64,000 bases of DNA from Bryobacteraceae bacterium (GCA_045807965.1 JBJMGJ010000380.1:2218-66217), one strand, 5' to 3'. Positions 8,330 through 16,395 are shown, counted from the stretch's first letter. Made by a program: numbers and translations. Notes: generated from the letters alone by a model not told the origin.

Positions 8330-8692
8330 TCACCGGGGCACCTGACTGAGCATGCCTCCGATCATTCCGGGCACGATGCCTTCCGGACCGGCGAACCCAC
8401 CGGCCACGCCACCGACGAGAGCTCCACCGACGAACTGACGCAGGTGACTCCCGTCCCACGAGCAGGACGAGTTCTGGTGGTAGGCCATGTAGTGGTTCGC
8501 CGCACAACCGTCGGCCAGAGCTCGAGCAGGCGGCATGTGGTTGGACGGCCAGAATCCGGCCACGATCGGTGTGACCATCAGCGCGAGACCGACACCGACA
8601 CCGACGCGGAACCGCTTGTTGGCCCGTGGCCGCTCATCGAGCGAGTCCTCGAACTGCTCGGGGTCGTACTTGACAGGGGTCTTCTGGAGCAT
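8330..8692 (-). CDS. membrane protein with Gly-zipper C-terminus, 120 aa
   Basis: Start ATG 8692 behind GAAGGAGGAG. TM segment VGVGVGLALMVTPIVAGFW. C-terminal GGALVGGVAGGFAG. Confidence 0.55.
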   Translation of the reverse strand: MLQKTPVKYDPEQFEDSLDERPRANKRFRVGVGVGLALMVTPIVAGFWPSNHMPPARALADGCAANHYMAYHQNSSCSWDGSHLRQFVGGALVGGVAGGFAGPEGIVPGMIGGMLSQVPR

Positions 8693-8781
8693 TGCTCCTC
8701 CTTCGGGTGTCTGCTGGGAACATCCGAACCATTGCGTAGACATCCGTGTCTACTGGTCTCCCTCGTGCTGGGCGAGGAAGT

Positions 8782-8934
8782 CTATAGTTCGTACAGAGTG
8801 TTCTGTACCGGCTCACGCCTTGCGTACCAGTTTCCGCACTGCTCGCAAATATTGTCGATAGATTCGCGAGCAGCGAACCAACGGAGGAACCGATCAAGCC
8901 AGTAACGGTGTCGACAACGTGGACAGAACTGCAC
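8782..8934 (-). CDS. zinc-ribbon microprotein, 50 aa
   Basis: Hand translation from GTG 8934 behind GAAAGGA: MQFCPRCRHRYWLDRFLRWFAARESIDNICEQCGNWYARREPVQNTLYEL. Preferred over track ORF 8634..9035. Confidence 0.45.
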   Translation of the reverse strand: MQFCPRCRHRYWLDRFLRWFAARESIDNICEQCGNWYARREPVQNTLYEL

Positions 8935-8955
8935 TTGCCGGTTCCTTTCCGACTG

Positions 8956-9216
8956 TCAGAAAGCCTTCCAGTGCTCGGCGATCTGCTTGTAGGTCGTGCC
9001 CTTGGGCACGATGATCGTGATGGTGGCTTTCGCACCGGACTCGAGCTGCGTCAACGGGATCTTGTAGACGTCGACCTCGTCGTTCTCCAGCGCGACGGTC
9101 ACCGAATTGACCGTGAGATTGTGCTTGTGGGCGATGTCTCCGTCGGCCATTCCGCGCACGTTCTTGTCGTAGCGGATGGCGTCACGAAGAGCGATTCGAA
9201 CATCGGTGTTAGCCAT
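8956..9216 (-). CDS. hypothetical protein, 86 aa
   Basis: Track ORF. Extended SD CTGAGAGGAAC upstream. Confidence 0.6.
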   Translation of the reverse strand: MANTDVRIALRDAIRYDKNVRGMADGDIAHKHNLTVNSVTVALENDEVDVYKIPLTQLESGAKATITIIVPKGTTYKQIAEHWKAF

Positions 9217-9242
9217 GATAGTTCCTCTCAGAGCAGATATAG

Positions 9243-9494
9243 TTACTTGCTGGTCAGTCGGTCGAGAGCGGTGGGCAGCTTGTAGTCGTTGTAGAACGGG
9301 TCATCCAGCGAACCGTTGAGGCGCATGTAATCAGCATAGCTGCACCAGTACAGCGTGTTCATGAACGCTTGACCGATTCGCTCCTTACTACCAGTCCGCT
9401 TGTCGAGATAGTGTAGCTTCGCGGGCAGACCATACGCCCACTCGAGAATTTCGATGGCATCTTTCTCGAGTTCTTTCTGATCTGGCATAGCCAT
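9243..9494 (-). CDS. hypothetical protein, 83 aa
   Basis: The track start lies inside the leader CTATGAGAGGA. The real ATG is 9494 (MAMPDQ). Confidence 0.6.
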   Translation of the reverse strand: MAMPDQKELEKDAIEILEWAYGLPAKLHYLDKRTGSKERIGQAFMNTLYWCSYADYMRLNGSLDDPFYNDYKLPTALDRLTSK

Positions 9495-9516
9495 GCTAAT
9501 TCCTCTCATAGTCAGG

Positions 9517-9551
9517 AAAAGCTAGAGCCCGTGTGGTTAACGGGCCCTAGC
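9517..9551 (-). terminator. intrinsic terminator
   Basis: gctagagcccg-tgtggttaa-cgggccctagc preceded by aaaa. The mismatch is a G-U pair on the minus strand only. Confidence 0.65.
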
Positions 9552-9560
9552 CTTACTGCA

Positions 9561-9770
9561 TCAGGCAGTCCTGGAGTCGCCCTTGGTGAGCTTCAGCGGT
9601 GTGGTCTCCGGCTGAACACCCGCGTCGACCAGCTTGGCGTGGCGGTAGTTCTCGTGGATCTGGCTGTCGAGCTTGTGCCGCAGGGTTGCGGTGTAGCCGA
9701 TGAGCGCGATCCCGGCGAGGACTCCGGCCGTAGCGGCGGAGTTGACGGGGATGTTGGGCAGGCTGGCCAT
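9561..9770 (-). CDS. small membrane protein, 69 aa
   Basis: TM segment SAATAGVLAGIALIGYTA. Has its own box and terminator. Confidence 0.6.
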   Translation of the reverse strand: MASLPNIPVNSAATAGVLAGIALIGYTATLRHKLDSQIHENYRHAKLVDAGVQPETTPLKLTKGDSRTA

Positions 9771-9824
9771 GGTGGCTCCTTCTCATAGTGGGGTCTTTCA
9801 TTAAGACCCATGTTATTTGTGCGA
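9771..9824 (-). promoter_or_regulatory. conserved promoter-like box + leader (copy 2)
   Basis: Minus strand CTCGCACAAATAACATGGGTCTTAATGAAAGACCCCACTATGAGAAGGAGCCACC-ATG. Confidence 0.5.
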
Positions 9825-9830
9825 GGGGTG

Positions 9831-10034
9831 TTACTTGTCCTGCAGATATGCCAGGGCTGACAGTGCGTGGGCTTGCGCAGTGAATACCGGCAGCAGCGTT
9901 AGTTCTCCATTCGAGTTCACCAGTCTACTGGGATTGATTCCCTGATTGACTGCAGATGTCACTACCGACTCGTGCAGCTCCTCGAGCTGGTTCAGGATCA
10001 GTTCGAGTCGAAAAATCAGTGTCGACTTCTCCAT
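9831..10034 (-). CDS. hypothetical protein, 67 aa
   Basis: ATG 10034 behind CTGAGAGGATCG. The track ORF is longer. Confidence 0.55.
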   Translation of the reverse strand: MEKSTLIFRLELILNQLEELHESVVTSAVNQGINPSRLVNSNGELTLLPVFTAQAHALSALAYLQDK

Positions 10035-10042
10035 CGATCCTC

Positions 10043-10312
10043 TCAGTTGGCCGAGTTGAAGATACGGCTGGTTTCCATGGTCTGGACATTGCCCAGATGG
10101 TCTGCACAGACGGCGTAACCGTCCAGAATTGTGATCGCAGCCTTCGCCTTGCCCTTTCGAACATGCAGACACACCGCGCAGGACAGACTGGAATTCTTCT
10201 CCTTCTTTCCACTGTACATCGACTGCATGGTCTTCTGCCGAAAGAAGTTTTCAGCGATCATCCGAACTTCGTGAATGAGCGAAGCACTGACCGCGGGTCG
10301 ATCATAGCGCAT
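10043..10312 (-). CDS. hypothetical Cys-containing protein, 89 aa
   Basis: ATG 10312 behind CTGAGAGGATCTGTT. Confidence 0.55.
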   Translation of the reverse strand: MRYDRPAVSASLIHEVRMIAENFFRQKTMQSMYSGKKEKNSSLSCAVCLHVRKGKAKAAITILDGYAVCADHLGNVQTMETSRIFNSAN

Positions 10313-10334
10313 AACAGATCCTCTCAGATATGGT

Positions 10335-10514
10335 TTACAGGAAGTGGCCGAGGAACAGCCCGAGCAGTAAAGCGAGTACGAACACGCCCCAGACCTCTTG
10401 GTCACTCCACTTGCAGACGTGCTTACGTCGCACCGGCTTGGCAACGGGAGCCAGGGCCTCTTTCTCCAGTTCCCAGACCTTCGTAAAGCCGTCTCGAATA
10501 TGGCCCAGCTGCAT
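10335..10514 (-). CDS. tail-anchored small membrane protein, 59 aa
   Basis: ATG 10514 behind CTATGAGAGGACCGATT. C-terminal VWGVFVLALLLGLFLGHFL. Confidence 0.5.
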   Translation of the reverse strand: MQLGHIRDGFTKVWELEKEALAPVAKPVRRKHVCKWSDQEVWGVFVLALLLGLFLGHFL

Positions 10515-10536
10515 AATCGGTCCTCTCATAGTGGGA

Positions 10537-10770
10537 TTACTCGTTCTCGGAACCCTTCAACCAATCTTCTCGATCGGCAGGCGAAAACAACTCGACTTTG
10601 GCAATCTCACTGATGTCACAGACGACCAGAACTCGAACCACCACACCGTCACCGTCTTCGTGACGACCCTCGATCACCCCTTCAACCGATGCACCGTCCG
10701 TCATGGTGATCCGGGTGTGCATACCGGTCTGGTAAGCAAGTACGATATTCTCTTCGATGGTCTTGTCCAT
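10537..10770 (-). CDS. hypothetical protein, 77 aa
   Basis: Track ORF. Confidence 0.55.
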   Translation of the reverse strand: MDKTIEENIVLAYQTGMHTRITMTDGASVEGVIEGRHEDGDGVVVRVLVVCDISEIAKVELFSPADREDWLKGSENE

Positions 10771-11018
10771 TAGTCGTCATCCTCATTGTCAGTGACTCGG
10801 TGCGGTCCGTCCACCCAGCGCATTCCCAAACTCAGCAAACCGATCTTTTCATGTGCGGGTCCTTTGTGCGACATGTACTGGTAGTTCGAACTAGCCGAGT
10901 CGGTAGCGCTGATTGCGTGCGCAACCACAACCCACTGGGTCAAAAACGCACCTTCGTTTTCATCCGCCATGTGTATACGGATTGCTTCTTCCACCGCTTC
11001 ATACGTCTCTTCGCTCAT
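10770..11018 (-). CDS. hypothetical acidic protein, 82 aa
   Basis: ATG 11018 (MSEETYE) behind TTGAGAGGAAATGATTGG. Confidence 0.55.
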   Translation of the reverse strand: MSEETYEAVEEAIRIHMADENEGAFLTQWVVVAHAISATDSASSNYQYMSHKGPAHEKIGLLSLGMRWVDGPHRVTDNEDDD

Positions 11019-11039
11019 CCAATCATTTCCTCTCAAATA

Positions 11040-11156
11040 TCAGAACAAATATAACTGTGGTATCCACAATCCGATGACGATGCCAAGCATTAATCCTACT
11101 ATGAAAATTGCAAAGACATCTCTACTGTCCCAGGGTTTTTTCGATCCTGACCCCAT
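11040..11156 (-). CDS. membrane microprotein, 38 aa
   Basis: Hand translation MGSGSKKPWDSRDVFAIFIVGLMLGIVIGLWIPQLYLF. SD AAGGA upstream. Confidence 0.4.
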   Translation of the reverse strand: MGSGSKKPWDSRDVFAIFIVGLMLGIVIGLWIPQLYLF

Positions 11157-11183
11157 TCGGAAATATCCTTATCTGCAAAGCCT

Positions 11184-11210
11184 AAAACCATAACCCTTGT
11201 GGGGTTATGG
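11184..11210 (-). terminator. intrinsic terminator (hairpin family)
   Basis: aaaa + ccataaccc-ttgtg-gggttatgg. Confidence 0.75.
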
Positions 11211-11219
11211 CTCGTTGAC

Positions 11220-11441
11220 TCAGTGGTGGAGATGCATGGGGTCGTTGATGCGGGCACCGAGGACGGCGAACGAGACAGCGGCGGTCAGAAGTGCAGTCGT
11301 ACGCACATTCGTCGTCAGTGCGCGTTCCACACGTGAGGGTGTGCGGGACGTCACGAACGCGTTTGCGGCGTGCGAGCTGTACTCGAGGTTGCCACCGTAG
11401 ATCGTGTCGAGCGTCTGCTTGGTCTCGTCGAACGAGGGCAT
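11220..11441 (-). CDS. small protein with C-terminal TM, 73 aa
   Basis: TTALLTAAVSFAVLGA. Has its own box and terminator. Confidence 0.6.
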   Translation of the reverse strand: MPSFDETKQTLDTIYGGNLEYSSHAANAFVTSRTPSRVERALTTNVRTTALLTAAVSFAVLGARINDPMHLHH

Positions 11442-11492
11442 GGCTTTTCCTTTCAGAGTGGGTCTTCATTATATGCCATGTAATCCTCGCGA
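11442..11492 (-). promoter_or_regulatory. conserved promoter-like box + leader (copy 3)
   Basis: Minus strand TCGCGAGGATTACATGGCATATAATGAAGACCCACTCTGAAAGGAAAAGCC-ATG. Confidence 0.5.
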
Positions 11493-11497
11493 TCTTG

Positions 11498-11524
11498 AAA
11501 ACCATAACCCTTGTGGGGTTATGA
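11498..11524 (-). terminator. intrinsic terminator (hairpin family)
   Basis: aaaa + ccataaccc-ttgtg-gggttatg. Confidence 0.7.
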
Positions 11525-11533
11525 TTTGTTGAC

Positions 11534-11749
11534 TCAGTTCAGCGGGACTCGGGTGTAGTGGTCGATGTACAGGTGGGTCTCGTTCTCGGGCTCGACCCAT
11601 CCGAGCCACGGAGTCGCGTCCTTGATCCGGTCTCCGAGCTCAGGAAGCAGATAGTTGATGCTCATGAGTGTGAGGCCGATCAGGGCGACGACGCCGAGGA
11701 GGATGGCGATGGCGATGACGGGGGTAAAGATGTACATAGCGGTGGACAT
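11534..11749 (-). CDS. small membrane protein, 71 aa
   Basis: TM segment MYIFTPVIAIAILLGVVALIGLTLMSI. Confidence 0.6.
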   Translation of the reverse strand: MSTAMYIFTPVIAIAILLGVVALIGLTLMSINYLLPELGDRIKDATPWLGWVEPENETHLYIDHYTRVPLN

Positions 11750-11800
11750 GGGGTCTCCTTGATAGTTGGGTCTTCGTTATAACCCCCGTTATTCCTGCGA
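11750..11800 (-). promoter_or_regulatory. conserved promoter-like box + leader (copy 4)
   Basis: Minus strand TCGCAGGAATAACGGGGGTTATAACGAAGACCCAACTATCAAGGAGACCCC-ATG. The box overlaps the last codons of 11789..12151. Confidence 0.45.
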
Positions 11801-12151
11801 GGGCTCGTCGTAATGCGGGCCCCAAGCAGTCGGATCATGTCGTTTTTCCCGCGGAGGCATGATGTACTTACCTCCACCGAGTGAGTACCCGAGAATATCG
11901 CCGGTTTTCAACCGTGGATTACCCTGCGAATAACCGCTCGGATCACCGATGTCAACGTCACCTTCATGGCGACCATGTTCGTTGCGGTCGAGGTCAACGA
12001 GAATTCTCTTGAATCGATGGAGATCTTGCATGGCTTCATACCGGCTCTCAGCGATTTCCTTCCAGGTCATCGGAACCGATTTGCCACCTTCTGGACTGTC
12101 ATCAGCCACCCAAGTATTGTATGGACTGAATATCTCGTCTTCCGGATACAA
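11789..12151 (-). CDS. hypothetical protein, 120 aa
   Basis: TTG start behind CTGAAAGGATTAAG. Confidence 0.6.
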   Translation of the reverse strand: MYPEDEIFSPYNTWVADDSPEGGKSVPMTWKEIAESRYEAMQDLHRFKRILVDLDRNEHGRHEGDVDIGDPSGYSQGNPRLKTGDILGYSLGGGKYIMPPREKRHDPTAWGPHYDEPSQE

Positions 12152-12430
12152 CTTAATCCTTTCAGTAGTGGGAAGAAATGGCGTCCGCCGGGCGGGGACT
12201 TCGGCAACTAGACTCCCTTTAGGAGAGTTCAGTCCCCGAAGCCCCCTACCCGGCGTTCGTCTTCACTCGACGACGCGCTCTTCCAGTGCGCGCGGTTGGC
12301 ATTTGGCTGGAGAGTCCAAAATGCCTCCGGACTTTTCAGTCCACGAGCAGGTTTTTTAACTGCCTAGCCCGAAATGAAGCGTCCTCCACTCGGACCGCTC
12401 GGTGTTTTCCTTCACCGCGGCTTGTGTTCA
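12152..12430 (-). other. 279-bp non-coding region made of consecutive stem-loops (candidate structured RNA)
   Basis: Nested hairpin 12186..12255 (cgccggg/cccggcg enclosing ggggact/agtcccc enclosing ctcc/ggag). Further stems at 12274..12292, 12298..12325, 12329..12342 and 12395..12420. No ORF longer than about 19 codons on the minus strand. Confidence 0.4.
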
Positions 12431-12685
12431 CTACCGAACTTCGAGGATCTCACCCATTCCATTCGGCTCAAGTGAAATATCGAGGATCTCGACGGCCTGG
12501 ATCGTACGAGTCTTGCGCTTGGACTTGATGACCTCGACGACATCGGTCCGGTTGTAGCAGTATTTGCCGTTCACGTGCGACCCTCGGGAGGAGCAGGCTT
12601 TGTGTTCGATCTCGTCGACCTTGATCCGGGTTCGACCTTCGACGAGAATATCGCCGGGAACAACTTCAGTGATGCTGACCAGCAT
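12431..12685 (-). CDS. hypothetical protein, 84 aa
   Basis: ATG 12685 (MLVSITE) behind GTGAGGAGAAAACTC. Confidence 0.55.
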   Translation of the reverse strand: MLVSITEVVPGDILVEGRTRIKVDEIEHKACSSRGSHVNGKYCYNRTDVVEVIKSKRKTRTIQAVEILDISLEPNGMGEILEVR

Positions 12686-12712
12686 GAGTTTTCTCCTCAC
12701 GTTTGGGAATTG

Positions 12713-12811
12713 CTAGATAATGTAGGTGAACAGATAGTACAGACCGAAGCCGAAAGCCGTCCAGAAAATCAAGCACAGGAGAATCAGGACGAGAATTACC
12801 CGACGATTCAT
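12713..12811 (-). CDS. membrane microprotein, 32 aa
   Basis: Hand translation MNRRVILVLILLCLIFWTAFGFGLYYLFTYII. TAATG overlap with the upstream stop. Confidence 0.35.
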   Translation of the reverse strand: MNRRVILVLILLCLIFWTAFGFGLYYLFTYII

Positions 12812-13224
12812 TACATGGCTTGATGCGAGAACTCCGTCTGTGGAACGCCGGTGGCTTCGTCGACGAGATCCTCATCGTCAGTGTTCTCCCGCTCGGCGCG
12901 CTCTTCCATCCGAGCTACGACGTCCATCATCCGGTCCACCTCAGCCTCGAAGGCACTGGTGAACGCCTTGGGTGTGTAGACCTTGAAACCTGCTTTGGCC
13001 GAGAGCACCCAGTCACCGACGTAGGCACGGGTCTGCCGGTCGTTCAGCGGGTTCTTGACCAGCACGTGGATGTACTTCTCGCCCTTGTGTGCGGGGTCTT
13101 CTTCGCCGGACGTCCTTACCCGACCACCACACCAGCGAGCAACGTCCCGGAGATTGTCCTTGGTGACCTCGACGGCCTCAACGGCGAAGGGCCGACGGAC
13201 GTACTTACGAACTTCGAGTACCAT
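12811..13224 (-). CDS. hypothetical protein, 137 aa
   Basis: Track ORF. AVEVTKDNLRDVARWCGG resembles QENIKTVAAWAGA in 13272..13517. Confidence 0.6.
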   Translation of the reverse strand: MVLEVRKYVRRPFAVEAVEVTKDNLRDVARWCGGRVRTSGEEDPAHKGEKYIHVLVKNPLNDRQTRAYVGDWVLSAKAGFKVYTPKAFTSAFEAEVDRMMDVVARMEERAERENTDDEDLVDEATGVPQTEFSHQAM

Positions 13225-13271
13225 GATTCGATTTTGCCTTTCAGATGAAGAAACAGTGGGTCCGGAGAAAA

Positions 13272-13517
13272 CTAGTGGTTATCCTCCTTGGTATGTGCCA
13301 AATATGCCCTCGGCCCGAGAACGTTGAACGTGCCGTCCGAATTCCGGATGACGTAGTCACCAAGACCGGCTCGCTTGACGGTGTCGCCACATTGCACATT
13401 CAGTGCAGGATATCGCTGTGCGTCGTTGAACGGATCGATCTCCTCGACCTCGATCGCCCCAGCCCACGCAGCTACGGTTTTGATGTTCTCCTGACTGAGC
13501 TGCATGTGGGTCAGCAT
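13272..13517 (-). CDS. hypothetical protein, 81 aa
   Basis: Track ORF. Possible paralog of the N-terminal part of 12811..13224. Confidence 0.55.
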   Translation of the reverse strand: MLTHMQLSQENIKTVAAWAGAIEVEEIDPFNDAQRYPALNVQCGDTVKRAGLGDYVIRNSDGTFNVLGPRAYLAHTKEDNH

Positions 13518-13694
13518 CTACGGCCCCTCGAGGATGTCGATGATCTGTTGCGCCTTCTCCCGCAGACCAGCGTAAACCTTGACATCTGCAAGATTTACGT
13601 ACTCCGCCAGATCCATTCGAATATTGTCAAGTAAATGGGCCATCCGTTCCGGATCATCTTCCTCGAAAGATACGACCAGGACTGCTCGACTCAT
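13518..13694 (-). CDS. acidic microprotein, 58 aa
   Basis: Hand translation MSRAVLVVSFEEDDPERMAHLLDNIRMDLAEYVNLADVKVYAGLREKAQQIIDILEGP. ATGA overlap upstream, TAGATG junction downstream. Confidence 0.45.
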   Translation of the reverse strand: MSRAVLVVSFEEDDPERMAHLLDNIRMDLAEYVNLADVKVYAGLREKAQQIIDILEGP

Positions 13695-13924
13695 CTAGGC
13701 GTTCCTCGCTTTGCTCGGTTCAGGATCTCTTGTGCGATGGCGTATTCGACCTGAAGGGTGGAATTGACCGTTACCTCGGTCAGGCCTTGCAACATCATGT
13801 CCAGGGCATACTGCACGCCCGCGACGAAAACAGTTGGATTGTCCTCGTAATGCCGGTAGGAGTCACCAACGGTGGTCGCATCTTCGACACGAGCGCTCAG
13901 ATATGATCGTTTGGCGTCAGCCAT
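13691..13924 (-). CDS. hypothetical protein, 77 aa
   Basis: ATG 13924 behind AGGAAG. The track start is GTG 13930. Confidence 0.5.
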   Translation of the reverse strand: MADAKRSYLSARVEDATTVGDSYRHYEDNPTVFVAGVQYALDMMLQGLTEVTVNSTLQVEYAIAQEILNRAKRGTPR

Positions 13925-14096
13925 TACCACGCTTCCTATCTTGCTCGATCGTGTCCTGACTGATTTTCGGCATCATTCCGGTGTGCGAGTGCACTCCTGC
14001 GGGCCTACTGCGGTACCGATTCCACCGGTAGTACTGGAATATGTTCAGCAGCACCGACAGACCCAGCAGCGCCGACAGAATCACTACCAGAAACAT
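13917..14096 (-). CDS. small membrane protein, 59 aa
   Basis: ATG 14096 behind GAGGTG. TM segment MFLVVILSALLGLSVLLNIF. Confidence 0.45.
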   Translation of the reverse strand: MFLVVILSALLGLSVLLNIFQYYRWNRYRSRPAGVHSHTGMMPKISQDTIEQDRKRGNG

Positions 14097-14265
14097 CAGA
14101 CACCTCGAATATCGCTGCAATACAGTCCGGACAGAGACGCTTATCTGTGAGTTCTCGCCAACCGCCGTGCTGTGCTATCGATTTCAACTCTGCGCTGAGA
14201 ATAGTTGGTTTGAGTTCTCGTTCTTTGCCACATCGGTTGCAGGTTTGAATCGTTCGAATAGTCAT
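14005..14265 (-). CDS. zinc-ribbon protein, 86 aa
   Basis: CNRCG..CPDC. Its low-complexity tail overlaps the next gene by 92 nt. Confidence 0.5.
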   Translation of the reverse strand: MTIRTIQTCNRCGKERELKPTILSAELKSIAQHGGWRELTDKRLCPDCIAAIFEVSDVSGSDSVGAAGSVGAAEHIPVLPVESVPQ

Positions 14266-14648
14266 CTTCCACTCACCCGGCCACTAGGTTGGGATACATG
14301 GAAGATGTACTCCTTGGGATTCTTACCGTCGGTCTCTGACAGCAGATAATACGTTCTTCCGCGATTGAGTGAAAACGCCTCGCTACGCCGTTTGTTCTGC
14401 CACAGCGACACGTCTGACGTTGCCGAATATACCGATTGATCGATCCACTCGTCCGGATCGTCGGTAAGTGGACTCAGATTGTGGCCCTGCAGCAGTTCGT
14501 TCAGCATCGGGATGGCAATCGAAGCGGAGCCACCCGAGTGACCCATGTCGGCGAAGGCCTGCACCACCTTCAACAGTCCCTCGATCAGCCAGGGATCGGA
14601 TTCGACGCGCATCAACTCTCGTCGGGCATGGTCAACCAGATTGCTCAT
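14262..14648 (-). CDS. hypothetical protein, 128 aa
   Basis: Track ORF with ATGA overlaps at both ends. Confidence 0.6.
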   Translation of the reverse strand: MSNLVDHARRELMRVESDPWLIEGLLKVVQAFADMGHSGGSASIAIPMLNELLQGHNLSPLTDDPDEWIDQSVYSATSDVSLWQNKRRSEAFSLNRGRTYYLLSETDGKNPKEYIFHVSQPSGRVSGR

Positions 14649-15172
14649 CGTTCCTCCACATGCATAACCTCGGTACGCTCCATCATCGGTCCGTCGACAG
14701 TCGCTGGCATGGCCCCGCCGTACTTGAGCTCCAGTGGGTTCTCGATAATGGTGACGTAAAGACTCTGTAGATATGCCTTGCGGCCACTCTTGCCACCCAT
14801 CGACCAGTCGTTCGGTCGGATGATCAGATCCACCTGGGCGATATCGACCAGATCCAGGATCTCGACATTACTTTCATCCAGATCGACGGTTCGGCGTTCA
14901 CCATCCCGATAGGTGATCATTTTGATCATCGGTGGATACTTACCGAAGTAGACCCGTACCGAAATATATGGCTGGCCGGGCTCGTTCTCGTCCTGACTCT
15001 TCCGCAGTTTGACGTTCCAGCCGTCTCGAGCCAGTACTTCGGCAACGTCCTGAGGTAGAACGACGGCGAAGTTACGCTCGCCTTCCGCGTTGTACATTCC
15101 TTCTCGTCCGGCGAAGTTCCGGAATATGATCTCCACGTCTTCGAGCAAAACCGTGTTATCTTGCCTAGGCAT
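14645..15172 (-). CDS. hypothetical protein, 175 aa (possible ssDNA-binding/OB-fold protein, weak)
   Basis: Track ORF. The only hint is the N-terminal IIFRNFAGREGMYNAEGERNFAVVL pattern and its position among replication genes. Confidence 0.55.
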   Translation of the reverse strand: MPRQDNTVLLEDVEIIFRNFAGREGMYNAEGERNFAVVLPQDVAEVLARDGWNVKLRKSQDENEPGQPYISVRVYFGKYPPMIKMITYRDGERRTVDLDESNVEILDLVDIAQVDLIIRPNDWSMGGKSGRKAYLQSLYVTIIENPLELKYGGAMPATVDGPMMERTEVMHVEER

Positions 15173-15380
15173 CTGGATTCTCCATATTCTGTGGGTCTGT
15201 GGCCGCTTTGTAGCAGAGCTGGCTACAGTAACCGGTACCCCGAAATATCATCACCTTGACCGGCGCTTCGCATACATGGCAGAGTTCCTCAGGTGTACGG
15301 GAAGGTAGTCCCAGTTCCGTACAGACGTGATCGGACTTCATCAGTAGCTGTTTCTCCAGCGGATGAATCGGTGGTTCCAT
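15165..15380 (-). CDS. Cys-rich protein, 71 aa
   Basis: Strong SD GGAGGA. CHVCE..C..C motifs. Confidence 0.55.
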   Translation of the reverse strand: MEPPIHPLEKQLLMKSDHVCTELGLPSRTPEELCHVCEAPVKVMIFRGTGYCSQLCYKAATDPQNMENPDA

Positions 15381-15528
15381 CTAAATCCTCCTGCGGAATA
15401 TTGTTGAATCTAAGCATCGTTTGACGAGGCAGTCGATTTTTGATCTGCTCGAGAATACGGTTTGTCTGTTTCAGTTCGTGAGCAATGTTCTCGAGCGCCT
15501 TGTTCAATCTGACATTATCTCCGGCCAT
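15289..15528 (-). CDS. hypothetical protein, 79 aa
   Basis: ATG 15528 behind GGGAGA. Coiled-coil-like NKALENIAHELKQTNRILEQIKN. The last 92 nt overlap 15165..15380. Confidence 0.35.
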   Translation of the reverse strand: MAGDNVRLNKALENIAHELKQTNRILEQIKNRLPRQTMLRFNNIPQEDLDGTTDSSAGETATDEVRSRLYGTGTTFPYT

Positions 15529-15604
15529 AAATATCTCCCTAATACAGGCCTCGGCATAGCATCCTTCAGCTACGCAAATATTGCTGTTGACGTCCTTACA
15601 CGGC

Positions 15605-16150
15605 TTACTCGTCGACGACATCTTCCGGTTTCACCGAATCCAGCCCGTCCTGCAGACCCATCGAGATCTGCTGACCGGAAATGATCATTCCTTTACTGCC
15701 ACCGGCTTCCGGTTCCTTCTCGATCGGCAGATTCGGTTGGGGCGGACCGAATATCGGAATAACACCGTAGATCGGACCATGCTGGACCGTTTCACCCGGC
15801 CAGATCTTCAGCTTGGCTTCACCGATGACGTTCGACTTTCCGTGGACGTCGTAGACAGTGATAGGTACCGGAGTTTCGAGATTCACCGGCAGATCGACTC
15901 GTTCACCTCGCCAGTGCGCTCGAGACCGAATCGTCGCGTTGAACGCTTCAAGCATACTGCTCAGAAACGAGGCAAGAATGAAATCCGGTGTACCGGAATC
16001 GTTCTCCATGCTGTGATAATTGAGCAGAGATTCCAGAGCCTGTTCGAAAGTGGGCTCGACATCATCGGTACGAGGCTTGGTCATACCGGCATTCTGCGCA
16101 GCCTCATGCTGTAAACCAGCCTTCTGATAGCGGGAGAACGGATCAGGCAT
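15605..16150 (-). CDS. hypothetical protein, 181 aa
   Basis: Track ORF. Confidence 0.6.
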   Translation of the reverse strand: MPDPFSRYQKAGLQHEAAQNAGMTKPRTDDVEPTFEQALESLLNYHSMENDSGTPDFILASFLSSMLEAFNATIRSRAHWRGERVDLPVNLETPVPITVYDVHGKSNVIGEAKLKIWPGETVQHGPIYGVIPIFGPPQPNLPIEKEPEAGGSKGMIISGQQISMGLQDGLDSVKPEDVVDE

Positions 16151-16292
16151 TGTTATTCTTCTCCTTGTCCTTCTTCCGATATGGATTCTTCTTCGGTTTT
16201 CCGACAGCAGCTTGGGAAAATCCGGCCCGAAATCCTTCTTCCCAAGCTTCTTCTCGAAGTTTACGGAGGAATTCTAAAGCCTCGTCAGGCAT
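16143..16292 (-). CDS. basic-tailed microprotein, 49 aa
   Basis: Hand translation MPDEALEFLRKLREEAWEEGFRAGFSQAAVGKPKKNPYRKKDKEKNNNA. Confidence 0.4.
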   Translation of the reverse strand: MPDEALEFLRKLREEAWEEGFRAGFSQAAVGKPKKNPYRKKDKEKNNNA

Positions 16293-16315
16293 TGATCATC
16301 TCGTTTTCCGGTTAA

Positions 16316-16389
16316 TCGAGGGCGCTGGAGTGCCAGTCGTTTAAGTTACGCGCCAATACACGGGGGGATATCTCCGCGCAGCCCCTCGA
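16316..16389 (-). repeat. structured intergenic element, copy A (core GTCGTTTAAGT)
   Basis: Outer stem tcgaggg (16316..16322) / ccctcga (16383..16389). Inner ctgg-agtg-ccag. The core is shared with 26626..26678 and 26899..26971. Confidence 0.5.
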
Positions 16390-16395
16390 AGATTG

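Noticed and set aside
8634-9035. 133-aa track ORF
   Set aside because: It is Arg/Ser/Pro-rich and would overlap both neighbours. A different frame gives a 50-aa CxxC..CxxC protein with a good SD.
12186-12255. tRNA in the 12.2-kb gap (7-bp terminal stem, ends near ...GCCA)
   Set aside because: The interior folds as one nested hairpin, not a cloverleaf. There is no T-loop (GTTCRA) or D-arm spacing on either strand.
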